This document shows, one piece after another, positions 1 to 13,900 of a DNA stretch of 64,000 nt. The translations under genes were made by a program, and so were the position numbers. This DNA is from Mytilus trossulus (taxonomy: Eukaryota): positions 24,513,216-24,577,215 of the forward strand of contig NC_086385.1 in assembly GCF_036588685.1 (NCBI RefSeq), in the 5' to 3' direction. The number at the start of each line of letters is the position of its first letter. Position 1 is the stretch's first letter. The notes under the pieces are model-generated. The model was not told where the DNA came from. It saw only the letters and a list, made by a program, of their open reading frames with translations, and ran no database searches.

Positions 1-287
1 ATGTATGGGCAACCATATAACCTTCAACAATGAGAAGAAAAAAAATACGGTATTGTCGGCTGAAAAATAGTCCATGAAATGAAAAATATGAAACAGAAAA
101 CTCACGCCCTATTTTAAAACAAGATAAATTACGAAAAACAAATATGAAAGACATCAACAAACGTCAACAACTGAACTACATGCTCCTGGATTGGATCAGG
201 CACATGCAATATATGGCGGGGTTAAACATGTTTGTGAGCGCTCAATCCTCCCCTGTAGCCCTTTTCACAAATAATCTTATTCATTTT

Positions 288-490
288 TTCACTTAAATAA
301 GGCCGTTAGTTTTCTCCTTTGAATTGTTTTACATTGTCTTATCGGGGCCTGTTATAGCTGACGATGCGGTATTGGCTTATTCATTGTTGAAGGCCGTACG
401 GTGACCTATAGTTGTTAATGTCTGTGTCTTTTTGGTCTTTTGTGGATAGTTGTCTCATTGGTAATAACACCATATCTTCTTTTTATATTA
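288..490. mobile_element. Dispersed non-autonomous repeat, family A (core gaaggccgtacggtgacctatagttgttaat)
   Basis: Same core recurs at ~19520-19650 and ~62990-63170, and in reverse at ~1-250, ~1965-2085, ~33597-33885 and ~63780-63950. The 33.6-kb copy interrupts a sequence that is continuous in the paralogous module at ~32060. Confidence 0.75.
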
Positions 491-587
491 AGTGTAAAAG
501 CAATCTTACGATAAAAATATTTAGTTGAATTGTGAAGGAATATTTGAGACATTTTACACTTAAGATTTTTTGTGAAAAGTGCTACTG

Positions 588-962
588 ACATCGGATTCGG
601 ATTTATTTTAAACTAAATTTGTTTGTGCATATTGGTGTGTGCTTGTTTATTCTACATTAGCTAGCTATCGTTGTATAGTGGGAGGGGTCAGATCTCACAA
701 AGCCCGTTTAACCCCGCCGCATTTTTGCGCCTGTCCCAAGTCAAGAGACTCCGGTTCTTATTGGTTTTTTATGTTTGTTTTTTTTTATCTTAGTTAAGTG
801 TGACGTCCATTTTCACATAACTAGTATATAATATTTTAGAGACCAGCCTCTGGTTGGGGGATTTTTCTCGTGGTGTTAAAGACCCATTTGTGACCTTCGG
901 CTGTGCACTTTGGTTAGGCTGTTGTCTCTTTTACACGTTTTTTTATTTCCATTCTCAATTTT
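588..962 (+). mobile_element. Dispersed repeat homologous to the region downstream of the Penelope-like RT remnant
   Basis: Colinear with 53403-53795 (gacatcgg..., aaccccgccgca-ttt-tgcgcctgtcccaagt, ccttcggctgt, ctcaatt). Confidence 0.7.
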
Positions 963-2461
963 ATTGATTGATTGATTGATCATTTTACTTCAAGCAAAAG
1001 TTATGATTATTTGAAAATCCTTTATTTGTATTGTAATGTTAATTTCACCAATGAAACTCGACATTAATTTTTGTCTTCATATTAAATTTCTTTGTAACGG
1101 CCGTCTGATTATAATAAGACACTCAGGAATATGAAATATGAAAACTTATTTGGCCTTCAATGTATCAACCTTTTTTAATGTGAGTAACATCATTGTTCAG
1201 TTAGATTTCGATTTTGATATTGATTTGCAAGCTTTCATAATAGATTTCCGGTAATTGTTCTGCATTAAACCCTATGGGAAAGCACATTGACTTAATTTTC
1301 CAAACGTTATTGGAACGCACTAATTTGTCAAGGGGTCGCAACCTATAATGTAAAGAAGTTACAGCCGATTGCATTGAGTGTGTAGGCAAAGGTAGCTTCC
1401 TTGATTATCTTGCTTGTTTCATTAGGTTAGGTAAACTACCCTCCTTTAAGAGAAGACTAGTTTGACAGATAAACAATCAATCTGTGCGTAGGACTAGACT
1501 CCTTCTACAAGAGGGAAGTATACCTTACCTAATAATGACTTCACGGTTCGGACATCAGCTACCCAGCTCCCCATTTTTCGACAAAAGTATTGCCGTAGAT
1601 TTTTTTGTTATTAACTTTTATGTAGTGACGAGTTAGAGTGGTACCTGCAGGGGCCGTATGCATAAAACATCTTAACTTAAGTATTCCATAAACTTCGATT
1701 TCACTAAGAATATTTCCTTAGTTACTATTAAGTAAAACTCTTAAGCGGTATGCATAAACTTACTTAAGTCTTCATACTTAAATGGGAACCTTTTTCTAAT
1801 TATCGTATGATATATACTAGTTCATCGCATGTACTCATCCGTCTAAAGTTTGTTATGATTATTGACATTTATTGACCATTGCATGCTTTTTTTGTTAAAG
1901 AGCTGGAGCTAAATTGATATTGGTATGTAAAACAATTCAATAGAACGTATCAACATAGATATAGGGAGATGTGATGTGAGTGCCAATGAAACAACTCTCC
2001 ATCCAAATAACAATTGAAAAAAGTAAACTATTATAGGTCAATGTACGGCCTTCAACACGGAGCCTTGGCTCACACCGAACAACTAACATAAAATACATTG
2101 TAATGATGAACGATTGGCTCATATAAGACAACGCTTTTTACGGTTGATGTTTTGACGGAGTTCAATTCAGAAGTCATGTGGTCTATTTTGTCTACATTAT
2201 GTTGAAAGAACACCGGGATGTTTACAAGTTGGCAATATTTACTATCAATGACTGTACAACAATTAAGGAAACATTTTACATTATAAACCGAGAAATAATT
2301 AAAATTATATACAAAACACTAATGTCAACCCTTTTTGTTTAAGTATGTAACAAAATCGACAACAGTGTTATAATTTTATTCTCTATTCTGAAGCTGACAA
2401 ATTAAAACAGTGTCATATTTTGAATGACAATTTAACAGTGCGGGATAGATAATTGAATACA

Positions 2462-2770
2462 CTTCCGTTTTTCGTTTTTTGTTTTTGTGAAATCAAAAAT
2501 GAAAAATGAAAATACTTTTGTTTTTCGTTTTTTGTTTTGTGAAATCAAAAACGAAAAACGAAAACACTTTTGTTTTTCATTTTGGTTTTTAAGAAATCAA
2601 AAACGAAAAATGAAAACACTTTCGTTTTCCGTTTTGGTTTTTAAGAAATCAAAAACGAAAAATGAAAACACTTTCGTTTTTCATTTTGTTTTTTAAGAAA
2701 TCAAAAACGAAAAATGAAAACACTTTCGTTTTTTGTTTTTTGTTTTTGATATTTCAAAACGAAAATCGAA
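2462..2770. repeat. 52-bp tandem repeat, ~5-6 units, internally palindromic
   Basis: aagaaatc recurs at 2591, 2643 and 2695. Units pair aaaaacgaaaa with ttttcgttttt. This explains ORFs 2487..2696 and 2662..2850. Confidence 0.85.
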
Positions 2771-2829
2771 TGGACGCAGATATACACGGACCTGGTTCCC
2801 ATGACAATGCTGATTGTTTGTTGAAAAAT

Positions 2830-3130
2830 GTAAAATCACAAAAAAACTGAACTCAAGGTAAATTTCTAATCGAAAAGTCCATAATCACATGGCAAAGTCA
2901 AATGACAAAACACATAAAAAACGAATGGACAAGAACTGTCATATTCCTGACTTGGTACAGGCATTTTCAAATGTAAAAAATGGTGGATTAAACCTGGATT
3001 TATAGCGCTAAACCTCTCACATTATTGACAGTCTCATCAAATTCCGTTATATTTACAATGGTGCGTGAACTAAACAGAGATAATAAATAATATAGTCGAA
3101 ATGTGGGTACAGCAGTCATCATCGTGTAAC
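2830..3130. mobile_element. Dispersed repeat, family B (core aactgtcatattcctgacttggtacagg)
   Basis: Related copies at ~23180-23500, ~28300-28440 and ~60325-60420, and in reverse at ~20090-20330. Confidence 0.75.
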
Positions 3131-3582
3131 AATGTTAAAAGGAACAATTTAACAGAACACAAAAACATCAATCTACAAACACATTCATTGATTCGCGTGT
3201 CTGACGTCAGAAAATTATATACGTCACGTATTTTTGTCGTTCAGTATTTATACAAACAATTTTAAAATTTCACATGACATTAAGACAGGGTTAAAAAGTC
3301 AATGTAAGTAAGAATTAATTTCAAAAATAGACTGAGATTTAAAATAGTCCAATTTAGACATTTGTGGTTCAACGTATTTTGTAATTCATAATAGAAATAT
3401 ATCATAATGACGAATAGTAATAGAACAATATCATACTGACGGGATCTTTTAAAGTACAGAGTCACGTTATCAGAACCAAAGAAACACAAAAAGTCGCATA
3501 TACAAACCCCACCAGCAAAAAATGACAGAGAAAACAAACATATTGACGGGATGTTTAAGTACCGAGCCACGGTAAATGGATA

Positions 3583-3914
3583 CACAGGCAAATTTCACTC
3601 ACATCAATTTCACGTAAATTTAAATTCATGTGAATCTCACTTACGTGAAATTCACATCAATTTCACCTCAAACGAGCTTATATTATTTTCATGTGAAATT
3701 CACATGATTTTTTTAAATAGATTAGTTTTTCAAATTGAATAAAAATCATGAAAAATAACATTTTTTTGAGGGGTAAATTTCACGTGAAATTCACATGAAA
3801 ATTTGCACGTTAGTTTCATGTATAGGCTCGTTTGAGGTGAATCTCACGTGAAATTTTTCATGTGAATTTCACGTGAGATTCATGTGAAATTCATGTGAGC
3901 AAACTTGGCCTGAG
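3583..3914. mobile_element. MITE with TA target duplication, rich in TCACGTGA/TCATGTGA palindromes
   Basis: ta|cacaggcaaatttcactcacat... pairs imperfectly with ...atgtgagcaaacttggcctgag|ta. TA lies at 3581-3582 and 3915-3916. Confidence 0.7.
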
Positions 3915-4114
3915 TATCACATAAAATAATCCAACAGTAAAAGTAATATTAATAATAGAACAAAGACAAATGAAAGAACAATATAACACATTGTTAAGAT
4001 GATAAACCAGATCAGTACGTAGAATCTATACATCAAGACCATCATGTATTATTTGTGAAGTTGATACACGATCTTCTCTAAGTAATAAATTCTGAATTTG
4101 GTGATTATAATGAA

Positions 4115-4470
4115 CGCATCTATACTGTGGAACTTGAGATAAAGGATACAACAGATACATTTTAGTCTTGTTTCATATCTTGACTTACACCTAGAAATAG
4201 ACAAAAGAGGTGATTTCAGCTTCCAAATAGTGAACTTTCCATTCCTATATAGCAATATTCAAGCAGCACCTGCATATGGAGTATTTATCTCCAAATTGAT
4301 AAGATATTCCATTGCTTGTGTTTTGTTAATTTCATTTTCTTGATAAAGAGTTGCTTCTCACAATGAAACTAATTTAACCAAGATTTCCAAGTGTTGGAGT
4401 TGAAATCATCCCTTCGCAAAAAATTACGAATGCCATCACAAGTTGGTTGACAGTTGTGGAATTTCTGTTT
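4115..4470 (+). mobile_element. Decayed Penelope-like retroelement RT C-terminal fragment
   Basis: Frameshifted translation gives IYTVELEIKDTTD..SYLDLHLEID..DFSFQIVNFPFLYSNI.AAPAYGVFIS.LIRYS, matching the motifs of the copy at 52.4-53.2 kb. Confidence 0.7.
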
Positions 4471-4547
4471 CAGAGATGACAATGGATAATCGTGTCCCCT
4501 TATCCCCAATGTGACCTTTTGAAATAGACATATCACCAGGTTTTTTA

Positions 4548-4787
4548 CTTAAAACAAGGAATTATTCGAATCTGGAATAATTTTGAATTCTGGAAAATTG
4601 ATGAAAAACTAACCCAACTGAATAGGGTTAGCCATGCACGCATGGCTAAGGGGGATTAGTTAGTTCATACTGAAATGGTAGTGAAAGTCAAAGAAGCCTT
4701 AGCCATGCCTATTTATTTTGGTTAGTTTTCATAGTCAATTTCCAGATTTCAAAATTATTCCAGATTGAAATAGTTCTTTGTTTTAAG
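4548..4787. mobile_element. MITE with ~55-bp terminal inverted repeats
   Basis: cttaaaacaaggaattattcgaatctggaataattttgaattctggaaaattga versus tcaatttccagatttcaaaattattccagattgaaatagttctttgttttaag. Confidence 0.75.
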
Positions 4788-4979
4788 CAACATCACAAGT
4801 GGCACATGTGGAGCAGGAGTTGTTAAACTGCCTCAGATCATCCACAGTTTATGGTATTTGTGTTTCTATTTTAGCCATGGTATTGTAAGTTTATTACACT
4901 TGTGAGTGGGAATGTCCCTTTTAGAATCGATACTTTTTTTTCCATTAAATCAAAATTATAATCTGATCATTTCATAACA

Positions 4980-7900
4980 CATTTCTTTTACCAATGGCTA
5001 ACTGTGTATCTTACAAATTTCTTTAACCAATGACAACCTGTGTATCTTACACATTTCTTTAACCAATGACTGCCTGTGTATCTTATGTATTTTCAGTGTC
5101 TTTTACCAATGACTACCTGTGTATCTTATGTTTTTGCAATGTCTTTAACCAATGACTACCTGTGTATCTTATGTATTTTCCAGTGTCTTTAACCAATGAC
5201 TACCTGTGTATTTTATGCATTTTCAGTGTCTTTAACCAGGGACTACCTGTGTATCTTACACATTTCTTTAACCAATGACTACCTGTGTATCTTATGTATT
5301 TTCAGTGTCTTAAACAAGGGACTATCGTGTATCTTACACATTTCTTAAACCAATGACAACCTGTGTATCTTATGCATTTTTAGTATCTTTAACCTATGAC
5401 TACCTGTGTATCTTATGTATTTTCAGTGTCTTTAACCAATGACTACCTGTGTATCTTACACATTTCCTTAACCAATGACAACCTGTGTATCTTATGCATC
5501 TTTATTATCTTTAACCAATGACTACCTGTGTATCTTATGTATTTTCAGTGTCTTTAATCAATGACTACCTGTGCATCTTACAAACCTCTTTAACCAATGA
5601 TAACCTGTGTATCTTATGCATTTTCAGTATCTTTAATCAATAACTACCTGTGTATCTTACAAATGTCTTTAACCAATGATAACCTGTGTGTCTTATGCAT
5701 TTTCAGTATCGTTAAGCAATCACTATCTGTGTATCTAATGTATTTTCAGTGTCTTTAACCGATGACTTCCTGTGTGTCTAACACATTTCTTTAACCAATG
5801 ACTACTTGTGTATCTTATGTATTTTCAGTGTCTCTAACCAATGACTACCTGTGTATCTTACACATTTCTTTAACCAATGCCTACTTGTGTATCTTATGTA
5901 TTTTCCAGTGTCTTTAACCAATGACTACCTGTGTATCTTATGCATTTTCAGTGTCTTTAACCAGGGACTACCTGTGTATCTTACACATTTCTTTAACCAA
6001 TGACTACCTGTGTATCTTATGTATTTTCAGTGTCTTTAACCGATGACTACCTGTGTATCTTATGTATTTTCAGTGTCTTAAAGCAGGGACTACCTGTGCA
6101 TCTTACAAATGTCTTTAACTAATGATAAGCTGTGTATCTTATGCATTTTCAGTATCTTTAATCAATGACTACCTGTGTATCTTACAAATGTCTTTAACCA
6201 ATGATAACCTGTGTATCTTATGCATTTTCAGTATCGTTAAGCAATCACTCTATGTGTATCTTATGTATTTTCAGTATCTTTAACCGATGACTTCCTGTGT
6301 ATCTAACACATTTCTTTAACCAATGACTACTTGTGTATCTTATGTATTTTCAGTGTCTTTAACCAGTGACTACCTGTGTATCTTACACATTTCTTTAACC
6401 AATGCCTACTTGTGTATCTTATGTATTTTCAGTGTCTTTAACCGATGACTACCTGTGTATCTTATGTATTTTCAGTGTATTTAAGCAGGGACTACCTGTG
6501 TATCTTACACATTTCTTTTACCAATGACTACCTGTGTATCTTATGTATTTTCAGTGTCTTTAATCAATGACTACCTGTGTATCTTACAAATGTCTTTAAC
6601 CAATGATAACCTTGGTATCTTATGCATTTTCAGTATCTTTACGCAATCACTATCTGTGTATCTTATGCATTTTTGGTGTCTTTAACCAATGACAACCTGT
6701 ATATCTTATGTATTTTCAGTATCTTTAACCAATGACTACATGTGTATCTTATGTATTTTCAGTGTCTTTAACCAATGAATACCTGTGTATCTTACATATT
6801 TCTTTAAACAATGACAACCTATTTATCTTATGTATTTTCAGTGTCTTTAACCAATGACTACCTGTGTATCTTACACATTTCTTTAACCAATGACAACCTG
6901 TCTATCTAATGCATTTTTAGTATCTTTAACCTATGACTACCTGTGTATCTTATGTATTTTCAGTGTCTCTAACCAATGACTACTTGATTATCTTACACAT
7001 TTCTTTAACCAATGACAACTTGTATACCTTATGTATTTTCAGTGTTTTTAACCAATGACTACCTGTGTATCATATGTATTTTAAGTGTCTTTAACCAGGG
7101 ACTACCTGTGTATCTTACACATCTCTTTAACCAATGACAACCTATGTATCTTATGTATTTTCAGTGTATTTAACCAGGGACTTCCTATGTATCTTTCACA
7201 TTTCTTTAACCAATGACTACCTGTGTATCTTATGTACTTTTAGTGTCTTAAACCAATGACTACTTGTGTATCTTACACATTTCTTGAACCAATGACAACC
7301 TGTGTATCTTATGCATTTTTAGTATCTTTAACCAATGACTACCTGTGTATCTTATGTATTTTCCGTGTCTTTAACCAATGACTACTCGCGTATCTTACAC
7401 ATTTCTTCAACCAATGACAACTTGTGTACCTTATGTATTTTTAGTGTCTTTAACCAATGACTACCTGTGTATCTTATGTATTTTAAGTGTCTTTAACCAG
7501 GGACTACCTGTGTATATTACCCATTATTTTAACCAATGACAACTTGTGTACCTTATGTATTTGCAGTGTCTTTAACCAATGACTACCTGTGTATCTTATG
7601 TATTTTCAGTGTCTTTAAGCAGGGACTACCTGTGTATCTTACACATTTCTTTAACCAATGACTACCTGTGTATTTTATGTATTTTCAGTGTCTTTAACTA
7701 ATGACAACCTGTGTATCTTATGCATTTTCAGTGTCTTTAACCAATGACTACTTGAGTATCTTATACATTTTTTTAACCAATGACAACCTCTGTAACTTAT
7801 GTATTTCCAGTGTATTTAACCTGGGAATACCTGTGTATCTTACACATTTCTTAACCCAATGACAACTTGTGTACCTTATGTATTTTCAGTGTCTTTAACC

Positions 7901-10900
7901 AACGAATACCTGTGTATCTTATGTGTTTTAAGTGTCTTTAACCAGGGACTGCCTGTGTATCTTACACATTTTTTTAACCAATGACAACTTGTGTACCTTA
8001 TGTATTTTCAGTGTCTTTGACCAATGACTACCTGTGTATCTTATGTATTTTCAGTGTCCTTAAGCAGGGACTACCTGTGTATTTTACACATTTCTTTAAC
8101 GAATGACAACGTGTGTACCTTATGTATTTTCAGTGTTTTTCACCAATGACTACCTGTGTATCTTATGAATTTTCAGTGTCTTTCACCAATGATTACCTGT
8201 GTATCTTATGTATTTTCAGTGTCTTAACCAATAAAAACCTGTGTATCTTATGCATTTTCAGTATCTTTAAGCAATCACTACCTGTGTATCTTATGAATTT
8301 TCGGTGTCTTTAACCAATGACAACCTGTATATCTTATGTATTTAAAGTATCTTTAACCAATGACTACCTGTGTATCTTATGTATTTTCAGTGTCTTTAAC
8401 AAGGGACTACCGTGTATCTTACACATTTCTTAAACCAATGACAACCTGTGTATCTTATGCATTTTTAGTATCTTTAACCTATGACTACCTGTGTATCTTA
8501 TGTATTTTCAGTGTCGTTAACCAATGACTTCCTGTGTATCGTACACATTTCTTTAACCAATGACAACATGTGTATCTTATGCATCTTTATTATCTTTAAC
8601 CAATGACTACCTGTGTATCTTATGTATTTTCAGTGTCTTTAATCAATGACTACCTGTGCATCTTACAAACCTCTTTAACCAATGATAACCTGTGTATCTT
8701 ATGCATTTTCAGTATCGTTAAGCAATCACTATCTGTGTATCTAATATATTTTCAGTGTCTTTAACCGATGACTTCCTGTGTGTCTAACACATTTCTTTAA
8801 CCAATGACTACTTGTGTATCTTATGTATTTTCAGTGTCTCTAACCAATGACTACCTGTGTATCTTACACATTTCTTTAACCAATGCCTTCTTGTGTATCT
8901 TATGTATTTTCAGTGTCTTTAACCGATGACTACCTGTGTATCTTATGCATCTTTATTATCTTTAACCAATGACTACCTGTGTATCTAATGTATTTTCAGT
9001 GTCTTTAATCAATGACTACCTGTGCATCTTACAAACGTCTTTAACCAATGATAACCTCTGTATCTTATGCATTTTCAGTATCTTTAATCAATAACTACCT
9101 GTGTATCTTACAAATGTCTTTAACCAATGATAACCTGTGTATCTTATGCATTTCTGTATCGTTAAGCAATCACTATCTGTGTATGTAATGTATTTTCAGT
9201 GTCTTTAACCGATGACTTCCTGTGTGTCTAACACATTTCTTTAACCAATGACTACTTGTGTATCTTATGTATTTTCAGTGTCTCTAACCAATGACTACCT
9301 GTGTATCTTACACATTTCTTTAACAAATGCCTACTTGTGTATCTTATGTATTTTCAGTGTCATTAACCGATGACTACCTGTGTATCTTATGTATTTTCAG
9401 TGTCTTTAACCGATGACTTCCTGTGTATCTTATGTATTTTCAGTGTCTTTAAGGAGGGACTACCTGTGTATCTTACACATTTCTTTAACCAATGACTACC
9501 TGTGTATCTTATGTATTTTCAGTGTCTTTAATCAATGACTACCTGTGTATCTTACAAATGTCTTTAACCAATGATAACCTGTGTATCTTATGCATTTTCA
9601 GTATCTTTACGCAATCACTATCTGTGTATCTTATGCATTTGCGGTGTCTTTAACCAATGACAACCTGTATATATTATGTACTTTCAGTATCTTTAACCAA
9701 TGACTACCTGTGTATCTGATGTATTTTCAGTGTCTTTAACCAATGACTACCTGTGTATCTTACATATTTCTTTAAACAATGACAACCTATGTATCTTATG
9801 TATTTTCAGTGTCTCTAACCAATGACTACTTGATTATCCTACACATTTCTTTAACCTATGACAACCTCTGTATCTTATGTATTTTCAGTGTATTTAACCT
9901 GGGACTTCCTGTTTATCTTACACATTTCTTTAACCAATGACAACTTGTGTATCTTATGTATTTTCAGTGTCTCTAACCAATGACTACTTGATTATCCTAC
10001 ACATTTCTTTAACCAATGACAACCTCTGTATCTTATGTATTTTCAGTGTATTTAACCTGGGACTTCCTGTGTATCTTACACATTTCTTTAACCAATGACA
10101 ACTTGTGTACCTTATGTATTTTCAGTGTTTTTAACCAATGTCTACCTGTGTATCATATATATTTTAAGTGTCTTTAACCAGGGACTACCTGTGTATCTTA
10201 CACATCTCTTTAACTAATGACAACCTATGTATCTTATGTATTTTCAGTGTATTTAACCAGGGACTTCCTATGTATCTTTCACATTTCTTTAACCAATGAC
10301 TACCTGTGTATCTTATGTACTTTTAGTGTCTTAAACCAATGACTACTTGTGTATCTTACACATTTCTTTAACCAATGACAACCTGCGTATCTTATGCATT
10401 TTTAGTATCTTTAACCAATGACTACCTGTGTATCTTAGGTATTTTCCGTGTCTTTCACCAATGACTACTTGCGTATCTTACACATTTCTTCAACCAATGA
10501 CAACTTGTGTACCTTATGTATTTTTAGTGTCTTTAACCAATGACTACCTGTGTATCTTATGTATTTTAAGTGTCTTTAACCAGGGACTATCTGTGTATAT
10601 TACACATTTTTTTAACCAATGACAACTTGTGTACCTTATGTATTTGCAGTGTCTTTAACCAATGAATACCTGTGTATCTTATGCATTTTCAGTATCTTTA
10701 AGCAATCACTACCTGTGTATCTTATGTATTTTTGGTGTCTTTAACCAATGACAACCTGTATATCTTATGTCTTTTAAGTATCTTTAACCAATGACTACCT
10801 GTGTATCTTATGTATTTTCAGTGTCTTTAACAAGGGACTACCGTGTATCTTACACATTTCTTTAACCAATGACAACCTGTGTATCTTATGCATTTTTATT

Positions 10901-13900
10901 ATCTTTAACCAATGACTACATGTGTATCTTATGTATTTTCAGTGTCTTTAACCAATGACTACCAGTGTATCTTACACATTTCATTAACCAATGACAACCT
11001 TTGTATCTTATGCAGCTTTATTATCTTTAACCAATGACAACCTATGTATCTTATGTATTTTCAGTGTATTTATCCAGGGACTTCCTGTGTATCTTACACA
11101 TTTCTTTAATCAATGACTACCTGTGTATCTTATGTATTTTCAGTGTCTTTAACCAATGACTACCTGTGTATCTTACACATTTCTTTAACCAATGACAACC
11201 TGTCTATCTTATGCATTTTTAGTATCTTTAACCAAAGACTACCTGTGTATCTTATGTATTTTCAGTGTCTCTAACCAATGACTACTTGATTATCCTACAC
11301 ATTTCTTTAACCAATGACAACCTCTGTATCTTAATTATTTTCAGTGTATTTAACCTGGGACTTCCTGTGTATCTTACACATTTCTTTAACCAATAACAAC
11401 TTGTGTACCTTATGTATTTTCAGTGTTTTTAACCAATGACTACCTGTGTATCATATGTATTTTAAGTGTCTTTAACCAGGGACTACCTGTGTATCTTACA
11501 CATCTCTTTAACCAATGAAAACCTATGTATCTTATGTATTTTCAGTGTATTTAACCAGGGACTTCCTATGTATCTTTCACATTTCTTTAACCAATGACTA
11601 CCTGTGTATCTTATGTACTTTTAGTGTCTTAAACCAATGACTACTTGTGTATCTTACACATTTCTTTAACCAATGACAACCTGTGTATCTTATGCATTTT
11701 TAGTATCTTTTACCAATGACTACCTGTGTATCTTATATATTTTCCGTGTCTTTAACCAATGACTACTTGCGTATCATACACATTTCTTCAACCAATAACA
11801 ACTTGTGTAACTTATGTTTTTTTAGTGTCTTTAACCAATGACTACCTGTGTATCTTATGTATTTTAAGTGTCTTTAACCAGGGACTACCTGTGTATATTA
11901 GACATTTTTTTAACCAATGACAACTTGTGTACCTTATGTGTTTGCAGTGTCTTTAACCAATGACTACCTGTGTATCTTATGTATTTTCAGTGTCTTTAAG
12001 CAGGGACTAACTGTGTATCATACACCTTTCTTTAACCAATGACTACCTGTTTATCTTATGTATTTTCAGTGTCTTTAACCAATGACAACCTGTGTATCTT
12101 ATGCATTTTCAGTGTCTTTAAACAATGACTACTTGAGTATCTTATACATTTTTTTAACCAATGACAACCTCTGTATCTTATGTATTTCCAGTGTATTTAA
12201 CCTGAGAATTCCAGTGTATCTTATGTATTTTAAGTGTCTTTAACCAGGGACTGCCTGTGTATCTTACACATTTTTTTAACCAATGACAACTTGTGTACCT
12301 TATGTATTTTCAGTGTCTTTGACCAATGACTACCTGTGTATCTTATGTATTTTCAGTGTCCTTAAGCAGGGACTACCTGTGTATTTTACACATTTCTTTA
12401 ACGAATGACAACGTGTGTACCTTATGTATTTTCAGTGTTTTTCACCAATGACTACCTGTTTATCTTATGAATTTTCAGTGTCTTTCACCAATGATTACCT
12501 GTGTATCTTATGTATTTTCAGTGTCTTTAACCAATGACAACCTGTTTATCTTATGCATTTTCAGTATCTTTAAGCAATCAATACCTGTGTATCTTATGTA
12601 TTTTTGATGTCTTTAACCAATGACAACCTGTATATCTTATGTCTTTTAAGTATCTTTAACCAATGACTACCTGTGTATCTTATGTATTTTCAGTGTCTTT
12701 AACAAGGGACTACCGTGTATCTTACACATTTCTTTAACCAATGACAACCTGTGTATCTTATGCATTTTTAGTATCTTTAACCAATGACTACCTGTGTATC
12801 TTATGTATTTTTAGTGTCTTTAACCAATGACTACCTGTGTATCTTACACATTTCTTTAACCAATGACAACCTGTGTTTCTTATGCATCTTTATTATCTTT
12901 AACCAATGACTACCGTTGTATCTTATGTATTTTCAGTGTATTTTACCTGGGACTTCCTGTGTATCTTACACATTTCTTTAACCAATGACAACTTGTGTAC
13001 CTTATGTATTTTCAGTGTCTTTAAGCAATGACTACTTGAGTATCTTATACATCTCTTTAACCAATGACAACCTCTGTATCTTATGTATTTTCAGTGTATT
13101 TTACCTGGGACTTCCTGTGTATCTTACACATTTCTTTAACCAATGACAACTTGTGTACCTTATGTATTTTCAGTGTCTTTAACCAATGACAACCTGTATA
13201 TCTTATGTATTTTTAGTATTCTTAACCAATGACTACCTGTGTATCTTATGTATTTTCAGTGTCTTTAACCAATGACTACCTGTGTATCTTACACATTTCT
13301 TTAGCCAATGACAACCTGTGTATCTTATGCATTTGTAGTATCTTTAACCAATGACTACCTGTGTATCTTATGTATTTTCAGTGTCTTTAACCAATGAATA
13401 CTTGAGTATCTTACACATTTTTTTAACCAATGACAACCTCTGTATCTTATGTATTTCCAGTATATTTAACCTGGGACTTCCTGTGTATCTTACACATTTT
13501 TTTAACAATGACAACTTGTGTACCTTATGTATTTTCAGTGTCTTTAACCAACGACTACCTGTGTATCTTATGTATTTTAAGTGTCTTTCACCAATGACTA
13601 CCTTTGATCTTATGTATTTTCAGTGTCTCTAAGCAGGGACTACCTATGTATCTTACACATTTCTTTAACCAATGACAACCTGTGTACCTTGTGTATTTCC
13701 AGTGTCTTTAACCAATGACTACCTGTGTATATTATGTATTTTCAGTGTCTTAATCAATGACTACTTGTGTATCTTGCACATTTCTTTATCGAATGACAAC
13801 GTGTGTACCTTATGTATTTTCAGTGTTTTTCACCAATGACTACCTGTGTATCTTATGTATTTTCAGTGTCTTTCACCAATGACTACCTGTGTATCTTATG

